A model generated the notes under the pieces. It did not search any database. It worked only from the letters and a program-made list of their open reading frames with translations, and had not been told where the DNA came from. A program made the position numbers and the translations under genes. Positions 1 to 9,921 of a stretch of 64,000 nt of DNA are shown piece by piece (the stretch's first letter is position 1; every line of letters begins with the position of its first letter). Source of the stretch: a virus (taxonomy: Duplodnaviria; Heunggongvirae; Uroviricota; Caudoviricetes); the IMG/VR virus record IMGVR_UViG_3300031344_000001; one strand, written 5' to 3'.

Positions 1-185
1 GTTGGCGACCTGGGAAGAGATCGCCACGCTGGTCGATCGCACGGCGTAACGGTCGCGTGATCGGCACAAGGTGCCGACGCCGCCATGCCCAGCCAGCCGA
101 GCAGTCACGTGAAATTCCTATTTCACCCCTGGGGGCGGTAAGCTCGGCGAACCGACGGCCCCAACGCGAACGGAAGCAAGCGATC

Positions 186-1004
186 ATGAAGCCCCTCAAG
201 AAAAGCGTCCGCGCCAAGCACGCTCGACAGCTCTCGACGCCCATCAAGAAATTCGTCCGCGGCAAGCCCGAACGACAGCTCTCGACGCCCGACTCGACGC
301 CCGACTCGACGCCCGAACGACAGCTCTCGACGTCCGACAAGCTCGATCGTGAGATCAACGAGGTGCTGAGCAGCCCCCGAAAGAGGCAGGGCCCTCGCGG
401 CAAGGTCGCCCCGAGCGCAAAATCAAGCGTGCGTCCACCCACGTCCACGTCGGACGTTCGCTCGCCGACGTCTACCTCCACCGAAGTACGCAGCCCGACG
501 TCCACGTCTACGGAGGTACGCTCGCCGACGTCCACATCCACGGACGCATACACGAGCGGTAACGTGACGGTCACGGGTGGCGCGGGAGACGGCGCTACGA
601 CCTCGGTCAAGATCTACGCTTCCCCGAAATCTGGCAAAGATCCCCGTCGGGCGGATACGCGGTCGAACGAGTATCGCTCCCGGGGCTCACAGCAGCGCAT
701 GACGGACATGATCGAAGCCACGATGGCACCGCGCACACCGGCGCCCATGCCCGCGATCATGCGTTCCACGGGCGATCGAAAGCACGCGAAGCCCAAAGAG
801 CACTCCGATGACGGGCTCTCCAGGGAGCCGACCGCTGTATACGTGCCCAAGAAGGCACTGGGCTCCGTGAAGCAGCGCAGCTCGACATACGTGCCCAAGA
901 AGGCACTGAGCCCCATGAAGTCTCGCAGCTCGGAGCGCGACCTCAACGCATGGCTCGACCGTCACGGTTACCACCACGCGCACGCTCGCAAGCAGGTCCG
1001 GTGA
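186..1004 (+). CDS. Basic, Ser/Thr/Pro-rich repetitive protein with LDREINEVL and ERDLNAWLDRHGY motifs
   Basis: ORF 57..1004, ATG at 186 preferred. Internal repeats RQLSTP, VRSPTSTST (x4) and YVPKKAL (x2). Motifs are shared with 2176..3366 and 62443..62970. Confidence 0.7.
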   Translation: MKPLKKSVRAKHARQLSTPIKKFVRGKPERQLSTPDSTPDSTPERQLSTSDKLDREINEVLSSPRKRQGPRGKVAPSAKSSVRPPTSTSDVRSPTSTSTEVRSPTSTSTEVRSPTSTSTDAYTSGNVTVTGGAGDGATTSVKIYASPKSGKDPRRADTRSNEYRSRGSQQRMTDMIEATMAPRTPAPMPAIMRSTGDRKHAKPKEHSDDGLSREPTAVYVPKKALGSVKQRSSTYVPKKALSPMKSRSSERDLNAWLDRHGYHHAHARKQVR

Positions 1005-1082
1005 CTCACGCCTCACGTCCGGCACCTTTCACGTGCCGCAAGAAACCTGCGCGTTGCTGTCCGCTTCGATAGACTCCCCCTC

Positions 1083-1892
1083 ATGACCGCCCTTCGTTTC
1101 AGCAGAGCCAAGCCTACAGGCAGCTTCCGCGTGTTCCATCCGAGTTCACGGCGTGTTGCTGCACACACCGACACGCTCGCCGAAGCCCGGAAGGACGCCG
1201 AGTTCTGGACCAAGACGACCCCAAACCCCGTCGAAATCCAGAAGCGCTTTCCCTCAGGTACGTGGGTCACGATCGAAACCAAGAAGCGCCAGTTCACGTC
1301 TGCTCCTGCACACACGAGCGCGACGAGCACGAAGCGCAGCCTTGGGCCTAGGGCCAGGGCACACGCGACGAAGCTCGCGAAGACCGGCGACAAGACGAGC
1401 GACAAGATCAACGTCGATCATCTCGCGAAGATGTTCGGCCTGCCCGACTGGGACAAGATCGACGAGTTGAACCAGCAGCACTACTGGGAGATGGCCCACG
1501 GCGCTGGCGACGAGGAAGCGCAGATGGCCGCCGAGAGCACGGCGCAGGACGAAGTCTACGGAAAGTGGTACGACGCGGTCGTGCACGCCGCCTCGACGCT
1601 GTTCGACGAGCACGGCCTGGAGCTGCAACCGACCGGCAAGCAGGGAACCGAGGATCGACGCTACGACTTCAAGATCGTCCCGAGCGCGTCGTGGAACGCA
1701 GCCGCCGACAAGATCCGCACGACGCTCAACGGCGTCGGCACGTTCCACTTCGACGACCTGAAGGACTTCCTCAGCTCGGGGCCGTACACCGCGCGCCAAG
1801 CCGTCCTGTCGCACCTGGGCACGATTCGCAGCTACCCCGAAGTGTACGGCAGTCGCGACGCCCGCCAGCTGTACGACCAGCACTGGCGCTGA
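1083..1892 (+). CDS. Two-domain hypothetical protein with His-Ala-Thr linker
   Basis: Typical codon usage. TAGACT 7 nt before ATG. Linker RARAHATKLAK separates two globular-looking parts. Confidence 0.75.
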   Translation: MTALRFSRAKPTGSFRVFHPSSRRVAAHTDTLAEARKDAEFWTKTTPNPVEIQKRFPSGTWVTIETKKRQFTSAPAHTSATSTKRSLGPRARAHATKLAKTGDKTSDKINVDHLAKMFGLPDWDKIDELNQQHYWEMAHGAGDEEAQMAAESTAQDEVYGKWYDAVVHAASTLFDEHGLELQPTGKQGTEDRRYDFKIVPSASWNAAADKIRTTLNGVGTFHFDDLKDFLSSGPYTARQAVLSHLGTIRSYPEVYGSRDARQLYDQHWR

Positions 1893-1932
1893 AAACTGGC
1901 GGCAGCGCTGAGCGCTGAGTAGCCTGGCAAGC

Positions 1933-2103
1933 ATGAGAGACGCTTGCCTCCTCCGCGACGCCTGCCCTGAAGGACCTCAGTCCCTCAGCACCAGTCGCGT
2001 CACCATGCTGGCCGTCGACACGGGACTCGGCATCCAGGGCGTACCAGCCTGCGACGCCACGCGGCGCTGCCGACGCTGCCGACACCGTCGCTGCCGCTGC
2101 TGA
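1933..2103 (+). CDS. 56-aa Cys/Arg-rich microprotein (ends RRCRRCRHRRCRC)
   Basis: Translated by hand, below the ORF-track cut-off. TAGCCT at 1920-1925, 7 nt before ATG. Confidence 0.55.
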   Translation: MRDACLLRDACPEGPQSLSTSRVTMLAVDTGLGIQGVPACDATRRCRRCRHRRCRC

Positions 2104-2175
2104 GTCCCCTCGGCCCCCGCGATCTGCGGCAGCCGACAACTTGACCCGCGTCCGAGCGAACGTGATGCTCGCTAA

Positions 2176-3366
2176 ATGGCGACGGCAAAACGTCCGACAC
2201 TCCGCAAGAACGATCGCGTGACGCTTGCCTCACACAAGAGCGTGATCCCGTCATACGACGGAAAGCCTTTCGTCCTCCGCGACACGGTGCTGACGGTCTC
2301 ACACCTCACGGGCACGGGCTCGAATCGAAATCCTTGGCACGTCGTCGTCACCGACGGCACCCACTTCTGGTACCTCGAACCCGACGACGTCACTCCTGTC
2401 GACAACGTCGACAACAGCGCCGCGCACAGTGCCGTGAAGCAACGCAACGCGGAGCGCGAACTCGACGACTGGCTCAACCGTCACGGCTACCGCCACGAGA
2501 GACAGCCTCCGGTCGCGGGCGTCGGGCACGCGGCGAAGTCGTACGAGGACCCCGCCGAGAGACTGTCCATCGCGACGTTCCCGACGGGCATCAGCTACGC
2601 CGACAAGCAGCGTCAACGCCACGGCGACTACCTGCGACTGGCGTTCCTTCCGTTCAAAACGCTGGAACTGGAGTGGGCTCCCGTGCCCATCGCACTCGGC
2701 CTTCGGCACCTGATCGAGGAGCACGCGCAACGCCTGCGCGCTCGCCGCGGAGAGGACTACCCCACCTCGACGAACGGCCAGACGGTCAAGCTCGGGCACG
2801 CGCGCGTGATCCACCACGCCACACGAAAACGCGGCGACGCCCCCAAGTTCCAGGTCGGCGACATCGTCCGGCGCACGGCCGCGCGAATGCGGTCGATGGG
2901 TATCATCGCTGGGCCCGTCAACGGCAAGGTCGTTGGCTACTCGGGCCCGTGGCCCCTCATTCACTGGTCCGACATGAGCGAGTCGGACGAGCCGATGACG
3001 CAGGCCGAAGAAGGTCTCGAGCTGGACAAGCGCGCGATGGCGCGGCGCCCTGCCGTCGGTCACGCGCGGATGATCCACCAGGCCCCGACCGGTCGAGCAG
3101 TGTTCGCCGCGCACGAACGCGACCACCACATCACGACGTCCGGTCGCCGCGCCCTCACCTCCGCGCAGTTCGCGCTCCCCCCAGGCCCCGAGGAAAAGCG
3201 TCGTGGGATCAAGGGCCGACTGCCCATCGACACGCTCGACCGCGCCCGCAACGCGCTCACGCGCGCCGCGCAAATGCTCAAGCACGGGAGCATCAACCTC
3301 GGCCAACTCACGACAGCCCGGCGCAGGGTCCACGCGGCGTGGCCGTCGATTGAGAGCTACGCATGA
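2176..3366 (+). CDS. Multi-module protein with C-terminal DUF6582-like domain
   Basis: Short modules separated by AHSAVK, GHAAK, GHAR, HHATRK and GHAR. C-terminal RRALTSAQFALP...RLPIDTLDRARNALTR resembles DUF6582. Confidence 0.7.
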   Translation: MATAKRPTLRKNDRVTLASHKSVIPSYDGKPFVLRDTVLTVSHLTGTGSNRNPWHVVVTDGTHFWYLEPDDVTPVDNVDNSAAHSAVKQRNAERELDDWLNRHGYRHERQPPVAGVGHAAKSYEDPAERLSIATFPTGISYADKQRQRHGDYLRLAFLPFKTLELEWAPVPIALGLRHLIEEHAQRLRARRGEDYPTSTNGQTVKLGHARVIHHATRKRGDAPKFQVGDIVRRTAARMRSMGIIAGPVNGKVVGYSGPWPLIHWSDMSESDEPMTQAEEGLELDKRAMARRPAVGHARMIHQAPTGRAVFAAHERDHHITTSGRRALTSAQFALPPGPEEKRRGIKGRLPIDTLDRARNALTRAAQMLKHGSINLGQLTTARRRVHAAWPSIESYA

Positions 3367-3533
3367 TCGAGCGCAACTACGACGCCGCGGTCATCCGCTG
3401 GTTCGACTGCGTTGCGCGAGGCACCCACCGGTTCAACAGCGCGGGCGCGTGCATGGACTGCGGGGCCCCACGCCGCGGGCCCACAGTGACGATACGCGGC
3501 GGCGGCCAACCGCGTCGCGAGAGCGCCAAGTAA
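3363..3533 (+). CDS. Small hypothetical protein with C/H/CxxC motif
   Basis: ATGA overlap with the upstream stop. MIERNYDAAVIRWFDC...CMDCGAP. Confidence 0.5.
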   Translation: MIERNYDAAVIRWFDCVARGTHRFNSAGACMDCGAPRRGPTVTIRGGGQPRRESAK

Positions 3534-3568
3534 GCTCCACACTTCACGGCGGCGGACGACGACTGCCG

Positions 3569-3601
3569 AAAAATGGAGATCCTGTACCGGTCACGTAGGA
3601 T
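3569..3601 (+). promoter_or_regulatory. Leaderless promoter of collagen-like gene 1
   Basis: AAAAATGGAGATC...CGTAGGAT, 6 nt before ATG 3608. The same arrangement lies upstream of the paralog at 7750. Confidence 0.6.
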
Positions 3602-3607
3602 CGCCGG

Positions 3608-4138
3608 ATGTCCGACAGCAAACGCGGCTCCGAGGGACGCGGCGAACGCGGGCCCCGCGGACACCGCGGACCCCACGGACGCGACGGCTCCGCAGGATCA
3701 GGGACCACGGGCCCCGCGGGACTGACAGGCCCATCCGGGCCATCCGGTCCGTCGAGCTCGTCCAGGAGCCAGGCCAAGTTCTCCGGCCTGATGCAGACCT
3801 CGGGTAACACGCTCCTGGCCGACGCCGGGACCGCGAACCTCGGGTCAAACACCTTTCCCGCCTACCCGGTCCCTTCCGCGCACGCCCTGCAAAACCTGGC
3901 CACGAACCTCGGCGGGTTCGTCGTGCCCGCCGCCAGTACCATCGTCTTCGAGGTGCTGGTGAACGGCGCTGTCGTGGCCGGCTACTCCGTCACGTACACG
4001 ACCGGCGAGTCAGGGGTCAAGACGATCACCTTCGGCCCTGAAGCCTTGTCGGCCAACGACACGTTCGCCCTTCGCGTCACGCCCGCCGGAACGTTTGGAT
4101 CAGCCGTCCCGGTGACGGCCACCATCGAGGTCGCGTGA
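3608..4138 (+). CDS. Collagen-like protein (Gly-X-Y) with C-terminal beta domain, paralog 1
   Basis: GERGPRGHRGPHGRDG...GTTGPAGLTGPSGPSG triplets. Clear paralog of 7214..7750. Confidence 0.85.
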   Translation: MSDSKRGSEGRGERGPRGHRGPHGRDGSAGSGTTGPAGLTGPSGPSGPSSSSRSQAKFSGLMQTSGNTLLADAGTANLGSNTFPAYPVPSAHALQNLATNLGGFVVPAASTIVFEVLVNGAVVAGYSVTYTTGESGVKTITFGPEALSANDTFALRVTPAGTFGSAVPVTATIEVA

Positions 4139-4366
4139 ATGCTCGGGCACTACTGCCCCTGCGGCTACCACGCGCCCACACTCGCGGGCCTGCGCAGGCA
4201 CGCGCGAAAGTGCGGGCGCGCTGACGCCAAACTGCGAGCTGCGGAAGATCGTGCCCGCGTCGAGCGCGTCGAGCGCGCGAAGAAGATCAACGACGCCACG
4301 CGCGCGGAGTGGTGGCAGCGCCTCCTGGGGCATCCACCTCCGCGGCACTTCCTGAAGCGTCCGTGA
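4139..4366 (+). CDS. Small zinc-finger-like protein
   Basis: YCPCG...LRRHARKC. Starts directly after the collagen gene stop. Confidence 0.55.
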   Translation: MLGHYCPCGYHAPTLAGLRRHARKCGRADAKLRAAEDRARVERVERAKKINDATRAEWWQRLLGHPPPRHFLKRP

Positions 4367-4409
4367 TCCGTGATCGAGCACCCCGACGAGCGCACGAACC
4401 CACGCGCTC

Positions 4410-4919
4410 ATGGAGAACCCGGTGAGCCCCGAGAAGACCCCCAAGAAGATCGACCGCGGTAACGAGGAAGCCCTGCGCACGATCGGTCGCGGACGCAGCT
4501 CGCACTGGCCCACGGTCGAGAAGGCGTTCCGCAAGCTCCATCCACAGTGCGTCTGCTGCGTCGTCCCAAGCACCAAGCACGTCCAGATCCACCACCGCTT
4601 CCCGTTCCACTTCTGCGTCGCCCTCGGCAGGGCGGACCTCGAGCTGGACATGCGCAACCTCATCACGCTCTGCGAGTGGCCGAGCCACCCGAGCCCCGAC
4701 CATCACTTGCTGATCGGGCACCTGGACAACTTCCGATCGTCGAACCTCGACGTCGCCGAGGACGCCGTCACCTTCCGCGGCATGACCGAGGCCGAGATCA
4801 AGAAAGACGCGCGCTGGGTCGCCAAGGTCAAGACGCGCCTCGCGGTGCTCGACGAGATGACCACGAAGGACAAGGCGTCCTTCGTCAAGCGCATGAACGC
4901 AACGTTCCCCAAGAAGTAG
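4410..4919 (+). CDS. HNH endonuclease-like protein
   Basis: CVCC...VQIHH...NLITLCE...HHLLIGH pattern. Confidence 0.7.
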   Translation: MENPVSPEKTPKKIDRGNEEALRTIGRGRSSHWPTVEKAFRKLHPQCVCCVVPSTKHVQIHHRFPFHFCVALGRADLELDMRNLITLCEWPSHPSPDHHLLIGHLDNFRSSNLDVAEDAVTFRGMTEAEIKKDARWVAKVKTRLAVLDEMTTKDKASFVKRMNATFPKK

Positions 4920-4984
4920 CCGGCATGGGGCACGGGCGCGGTCACGAAGTCGCGTGACACAGCGCGCGCACCTAGACTCTTGAG

Positions 4985-5236
4985 ATGAGCGACCACCCCA
5001 GAGACCCGCGGCCGACGGTGAGACTCGACCCGACCGACCTGCGCCCGTCGTGGCCGATCATCGTCGCGTCCCTGGAGCAGATCTCCGAGTGGGCCACGCT
5101 GGCCCTCCGCCTCGGGACGCTCGCCCTCATCCAGGAGTGCGTGCGCGACCTCGCCCAAAGGGACGCCCGCGCTGACGGGATCGTGAGGCTACGCGAGCTG
5201 GTCGACGCCCTCGCGCACATGCCGTTCGAGACGTGA
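4985..5236 (+). CDS. Hypothetical protein
   Basis: TAGACT 6 nt before ATG. Coupled by GTGA to the next gene. Confidence 0.55.
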   Translation: MSDHPRDPRPTVRLDPTDLRPSWPIIVASLEQISEWATLALRLGTLALIQECVRDLAQRDARADGIVRLRELVDALAHMPFET

Positions 5237-5925
5237 CAGATCTCCCCACGACCACGCGCCCACGCGGACGCACCATCGTTCGCAGTAGTCTCTCCACCAT
5301 GCAACGCCTGTCCCCCACATCTACCGTCCAACCGAACCCCTTCCAGCACGGCCGCAACGACGTCTTCGTCAACGTCTCCGCCGAGATGCGTGACGAGGCC
5401 CTCAAACGCACCTCCGACGTGCTGTGGGAGCTCGACAAGATCCGCAAGTCGCTGGAGCTGCCGATCGAGCAACTCCCGATCGTGATCGAGACCTACAGCC
5501 AGGCCGTGCTCGCGCTGGTGGCGGAGGCAGCGCACGCGGAGCGCGCCAAGCACACGAAGCGCGTGCCGATCACGATGCGGTCAGAGAATCGCGAATACCA
5601 GCCGATGAAGCTCGCCCCCGGCGAGAAGTTCGACGTCATCACCCGGCCGCAGGAGATCTCGTTCACGCCTGAGGACTTCACGATCCACGGCGATCGAAAG
5701 CGCTGGCTCGTGCACGACGTCAAGATCGGCAACCGGTCGCAGTTCGCCAGTCACCGCGGCCCCGCGCCCGGCACCGAATTCGGCCCGGGTGGCCTCCTGG
5801 AGCACATGCGCCTCGAGACCGTGAGGACGGCGATGGACCTCGTCCTGGTCGTCGAGTACATCGGCCCCGAGCCGGAGGGCGAGGTATTCGAGGCCACGGT
5901 GGTCGGAACCGTCATGGTGCTCTAG
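5233..5925 (+). CDS. Hypothetical protein with C-terminal conserved all-beta domain (ITRPQ...VEYIG family)
   Basis: C-terminal ~105 aa align by eye with 17054..17536 and 45341..45706. Confidence 0.7.
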   Translation: MTDLPTTTRPRGRTIVRSSLSTMQRLSPTSTVQPNPFQHGRNDVFVNVSAEMRDEALKRTSDVLWELDKIRKSLELPIEQLPIVIETYSQAVLALVAEAAHAERAKHTKRVPITMRSENREYQPMKLAPGEKFDVITRPQEISFTPEDFTIHGDRKRWLVHDVKIGNRSQFASHRGPAPGTEFGPGGLLEHMRLETVRTAMDLVLVVEYIGPEPEGEVFEATVVGTVMVL

Positions 5926-5983
5926 CTCTAGCCCCGACCGCGACTATCTCGATCGTGCCGTGACCCTCGGCTAGGATGCGTGC

Positions 5984-7033
5984 ATGCGACACGCGGTGAT
6001 CCTCGCGGGCGGTTCAGGCACGCGCCTCTGGCCTGCGTCGCGACGATCGCGACCCAAGCAACTCCTGCCATTGGCGTCCGACGAACCCCTGATCGCAGCA
6101 GCCGTCGCGCTCGGACGCGAGGTGGCCGACCGCGTGCTGGTCGTGACCGCAGAATCGCAGGTCGAGGCAACGATCGACGCCGTACCCGGCGTCGAGGTGC
6201 TCGCCGAGCCCGTCGGAAGGAACACCGCCGCGGCGATCGGCCTCGCCGCCGCGACGATCGCCGACCGCGACCTCCACGCAACGATCGCCGTCCTACCGGC
6301 TGACCACCACGTCCGCGACCGCGACGGCATGGCACGCGCGATCACCGCATGCCTGTCCGCCGCCGAGAAGACCGACGTGATCGCGCTCGTCGGCATCCCT
6401 CCCACGCGCGCGGAGACGGGCTACGGCTACCTGGAGGTGTCCGCCGACCCCTCGAACGACGACGGCGTGCGCACCGTGCGGCGCTTCGTCGAGAAGCCCG
6501 ACCGCACCAACGCCGAGGAGTACCTCGCGAGCGGGCGCTTCCTGTGGAACGCGGGAATCTTTTGCTCGACCGCGCGGCGACTCCTCGCCGAGCTCGACGC
6601 TCACCTACCCCAGACCGCCGGCATCGTGCGCCAGATCGTGCGCGACAACGGCCTCGTCGTCGACCCCCGCGGCCTCTACGAACAGATCGTACCCACGTCG
6701 TTCGACCACGGCGTAATGGAGAAGGTTGCGCGAGTGGTCGTCGTACCCGCGGCGGTCGGCTGGAGCGACGTCGGATCGTGGGCGGCCCTCCCCGAAGTGC
6801 ACGGCACCAGCAAGATCAGCGGCAACACCATGGTCGGGACGACCTGCGCGATCGACAGCAACGACAACATCCTGGTGTCCGACGACGAGACCCTAATCGC
6901 GGCGATCGGCGTGTCGGACCTCGTCGTGGTAAAGTTCGGCGACGCGATCCTGGTCACGCGCAAGGACCAGGCGCAGCGAGTCAAGGACCTCGTCGAGGCT
7001 CTCGGTGCGGGCGGGTGGTCGCGCTACCTGTGA
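5984..7033 (+). CDS. manC: Mannose-1-phosphate guanylyltransferase
   Basis: VILAGGSGTRLWPASR..PKQ, EPVGRNTA, PADH, GYGY, FVEKP, WNAGIF and WSDVGSW motifs. TAGGAT 6 nt before ATG. Confidence 0.95.
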   Translation: MRHAVILAGGSGTRLWPASRRSRPKQLLPLASDEPLIAAAVALGREVADRVLVVTAESQVEATIDAVPGVEVLAEPVGRNTAAAIGLAAATIADRDLHATIAVLPADHHVRDRDGMARAITACLSAAEKTDVIALVGIPPTRAETGYGYLEVSADPSNDDGVRTVRRFVEKPDRTNAEEYLASGRFLWNAGIFCSTARRLLAELDAHLPQTAGIVRQIVRDNGLVVDPRGLYEQIVPTSFDHGVMEKVARVVVVPAAVGWSDVGSWAALPEVHGTSKISGNTMVGTTCAIDSNDNILVSDDETLIAAIGVSDLVVVKFGDAILVTRKDQAQRVKDLVEALGAGGWSRYL

Positions 7034-7213
7034 CAGCAGCACGACGCTCTGGCATGCCTACAACATCGACGAGACACGCTGGATCGCGAGAGACCACTTC
7101 ACGCTTCACGCTTCACGCTCGAATCCATCAAACGTGTGCTCACCGAACTGGACTACTGCTCTTCCCCGAAGGACCCACTCCGCCGGGAAGCGCCTCGCGG
7201 TGCGAAGCACGAA

Positions 7214-7750
7214 TCACGTGGTCTCGATCTCGAGGACCGCTGACACCGGAATCGCGCTCGAGAACCCCACGCCGACAGGCGCGACCGCCAGCGCGACCGT
7301 GTCGTCAGCCGCCAAGGCGACGGGACCGAAAGTGAGCGACTTGACCCCAGACTCACCGACCGCGTACGTGAGGGCGTAGCCCGCCACGGGCGCCCCGTTG
7401 ACCAGCACCTCGAAGGTGATGGTGCCGGCAGGCACGACGAACCCCCCGATGTTGGCAGCCAGGTTTCGCAGGGCACTCACGGAGGAGACTGGATAGCCAG
7501 GGAACGGAGTACCGGCCAAGAGCGTTCCAGTATCCGCCAAGATGAAGGTACCAGCCTCGATCAACCCCGAGAACTTGACGAGGCCCCTCGACGACGTGCC
7601 CGCAGCGCCGGCTGGACCTGTAGAACCTGTAGAACCTGTAGAGCCTGTCGGCCCCGTGGTGCCGGCAGCTCCATGAGGCCCGCGAGGCCCACGAGGCCCA
7701 CGAGGCCCGCGCTCGTGAAGAATTCCGGGGCCCCGTTTGATGTCAGACAT
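7214..7750 (-). CDS. Collagen-like protein with C-terminal beta domain, paralog 2
   Basis: MSDIKRG start, GPR/GST triplets and KFSGL...LADxGT...NLAxNxGGFVVPA...FEVLVNGA shared with 3608..4138. TAGGAT 6 nt upstream. Confidence 0.85.
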   Translation of the reverse strand: MSDIKRGPGILHERGPRGPRGPRGPHGAAGTTGPTGSTGSTGSTGPAGAAGTSSRGLVKFSGLIEAGTFILADTGTLLAGTPFPGYPVSSVSALRNLAANIGGFVVPAGTITFEVLVNGAPVAGYALTYAVGESGVKSLTFGPVALAADDTVALAVAPVGVGFSSAIPVSAVLEIETT

Positions 7751-7875
7751 TTCCTGATCCTACGATACTGCCGCAAGATCACCATTTTTTGACGTCCGTC
7801 CACGACGTCTTCCAGCTTCCAGCGAGGGAAGCCGCGCGGACGGTGGACCACGGACCGCGTGATAGCGTCCGCGCC

Positions 7876-8112
7876 ATGAAGCAAGTCGTCTACACGTGCG
7901 AGCGCTGCGGCAAGCAGGCCGCGGTTGACACAGGCCCCGACAACGGTGTCCCCCTGACCATCCCCATGGAGTGGGCCGTGGTCCATTACGGGCGTCTCCA
8001 CACCGTGAACCAGGACGGGAACGCGCGGACCGTCCACACCACGAGCACGACGCACGCTTGCGGTGACTGCGCGGAGAGCGCGCTCCACGCGGTCGAGGCG
8101 CGGAAGCCATGA
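7876..8112 (+). CDS. Zinc-ribbon protein
   Basis: YTCERCG...HACGDC. TAGCGT 7 nt before ATG 7876. ATGA-coupled to manB. Confidence 0.6.
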   Translation: MKQVVYTCERCGKQAAVDTGPDNGVPLTIPMEWAVVHYGRLHTVNQDGNARTVHTTSTTHACGDCAESALHAVEARKP

Positions 8113-9464
8113 ACCCCCGCATCTTCCGCGAGTACGACGTCCGCGGCGTCGCAGATCGCGACCTAACCGACGACGTCGCGCGCGCGATCGGCCTCGCGAT
8201 CGGAGAGCGCGCCATCGGCGGCACCGTCGCGGTCGGACGCGCCTGCCGCCTGTCGTCGCCGCGCCTCTTCGACGCGCTCACCGCTGGCGTGCGCGTCGTC
8301 GCCGACGTCCTGGACATCGGGATCGTACCGACGCCCGTCGCGTACTTCGCGCAGCAGCTCCTCGAGCCCGCGGCCACCGTGATGATCACCGGCAGCCACA
8401 ACCCGGCCGAGGACAACGGCTTCAAGGTCATGATCGGCCCAGACACGCTGCACGGCGCAGGGATCACCGCGATCGGCCGCCGCGCCGCGGAGCTGCTCGC
8501 AGCACCCCAGCGGAGTCCTCGCGGCACGGTCACCGTGACGAGCGTCAGCGAGGCGTACATCGCGCACGCGATCAGCGAACTTCGCCTCGGGCCACGCAAG
8601 CCCCGGATCGTCGTCGACGCGGGCAACGGCGCTGGAGGCCCCACCGCCGTCGCGCTCTACACCGAGATGGGCTTCGACGTCGTGCCCCTCTACTGCGACT
8701 TCGACGGGCGCTTTCCTCACCACCACCCCGACCCAACCCAGCCCGAGAACCTCTCGGACCTGATCACCGCGGTCACCTACTTCAACGCGGAGCTCGGCAT
8801 CGCGCTCGACGGTGACGCGGATCGCGTCGGCGCGGTCGACGCCACCGGCCGGATCCTGTGGGGCGACGAGCTGATGATCCTCCTCGGCAGGGCCCTGCTC
8901 GCGGAGGTGCCCGACGCATGCTTCGTCGCCGAGGTGAAGTGCAGCCAGTCCCTGTACGACGCGCTGCCGAGCTGCGAGATGTGGAAGGTCGGGCACTCGC
9001 TCATCAAGGAACGCATGCGCGAGACGGGCGCGCAGCTCGCCGGCGAACTATCAGGGCACCTCTTCTTCGCGCACCGGTGGCTGGGCTTCGACGACGGTAT
9101 CTACGCCGGTGCGCGGCTCCTGGAGTTAGTGTCGCGGAGCGAGCGAACGCTCGTCGATCTGGCCGCGGACCTACCCCGCATGACCAACACCCCCGAGATC
9201 CGGATCGACTGCCCCGACGAGGAGAAGTTCGGTGTCGTCGCGCGCGCGACGGAGAGCCTGCGCGGCGACCCCGCCGTCCAATCCGTCATCACGATCGATG
9301 GCGTGCGCGCGCGGTTCGCGGACGGCTGGGGACTGCTCCGCGCATCGAACACGCAGCCCGCACTCGTCATGCGCTGCGAGGCGCGGAACCTGGGAGCGCT
9401 CCGCGCGATCAAGACGATGATCGAGGAGCACGTCGCGCGCGCCCGCGAGACGGCTCCTCGATGA
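8109..9464 (+). CDS. manB: Phosphomannomutase/phosphoglucomutase
   Basis: IFREYDVRG, TGSHNP (catalytic Ser), DGDADR (metal loop), GELSGH and RASNTQP. Confidence 0.95.
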   Translation: MNPRIFREYDVRGVADRDLTDDVARAIGLAIGERAIGGTVAVGRACRLSSPRLFDALTAGVRVVADVLDIGIVPTPVAYFAQQLLEPAATVMITGSHNPAEDNGFKVMIGPDTLHGAGITAIGRRAAELLAAPQRSPRGTVTVTSVSEAYIAHAISELRLGPRKPRIVVDAGNGAGGPTAVALYTEMGFDVVPLYCDFDGRFPHHHPDPTQPENLSDLITAVTYFNAELGIALDGDADRVGAVDATGRILWGDELMILLGRALLAEVPDACFVAEVKCSQSLYDALPSCEMWKVGHSLIKERMRETGAQLAGELSGHLFFAHRWLGFDDGIYAGARLLELVSRSERTLVDLAADLPRMTNTPEIRIDCPDEEKFGVVARATESLRGDPAVQSVITIDGVRARFADGWGLLRASNTQPALVMRCEARNLGALRAIKTMIEEHVARARETAPR

Positions 9465-9560
9465 AAAGACCTGCGCAAAAAGAGAGTTGCTGAACTACGC
9501 GGTCACGAGGGTTGCGTGCCCTTCGTGACACGGTCGACGCTCGACGTCAGCAGCCCACGA

Positions 9561-9722
9561 TCAGCGACAGGCGTTGCAGTCGTGGTGCCGGAAGCCGCTG
9601 CACACGAGCACGTTCTTGAAGCTCGAGCAGGCGTTCGCGCCCGCGACGAAGGTGTTCTTCGCGCGCTTGCGGGACGACTTGCAGGAGCGGTTGCGACGAC
9701 GATCTTTGCAATTGCACGACAT
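9561..9722 (-). CDS. 53-aa Cys/Arg-rich microprotein MSCNCKDRRRNRSCKSSRKRAKNTFVAGANACSSFKNVLVCSGFRHHDCNACR
   Basis: Translated by hand. Shares FVAGANxCS...NVLV with 9922..10131. TCGACC-N17-TAGACT promoter 6 nt upstream. Confidence 0.7.
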   Translation of the reverse strand: MSCNCKDRRRNRSCKSSRKRAKNTFVAGANACSSFKNVLVCSGFRHHDCNACR

Positions 9723-9728
9723 GAAGCC

Positions 9729-9762
9729 AGTCTACCAACAGCGATCCAGCAGGTCGAATTTC
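9729..9762 (-). promoter_or_regulatory. Sigma70-type leaderless promoter (A-tract, TCGACC, N17, TGG-TAGACT)
   Basis: Exact 17-nt spacer. Same layout as the promoters at 9881-9915 and 10366-10399. Confidence 0.65.
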
Positions 9763-9880
9763 TTGCAAAGGTGCTGAGCACTTTTTTCCGAAGGCCCTCA
9801 GCGTGCGCCCAACTCTCCATCACCACACAAGAAGACGGCACGATCCTCAACTTGACCGACGAGTCGCGACAGCCTCAGCA

Positions 9881-9915
9881 AAAAAATCGACCCCCGCGAA
9901 GAGCGCTGGTACGTT
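9881..9915 (+). promoter_or_regulatory. Sigma70-type leaderless promoter (A-tract, TCGACC, N17, TGG-TACGTT)
   Basis: 6 nt before ATG 9922. Confidence 0.65.
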
Positions 9916-9921
9916 CAAAAC

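Noticed and set aside
223-545. Short tandem repeats as a CRISPR array or iterons
   Set aside because: The repeats are in-frame coding units (RQLSTP, DSTP, VRSPTSTST) without unique spacers, and there are no cas genes.
3569-7790. Inverted collagen paralogs as ends of an invertible segment or transposon
   Set aside because: The similarity is diverged, gene-length paralogy. There are no sharp terminal repeats and no recombinase or transposase nearby.
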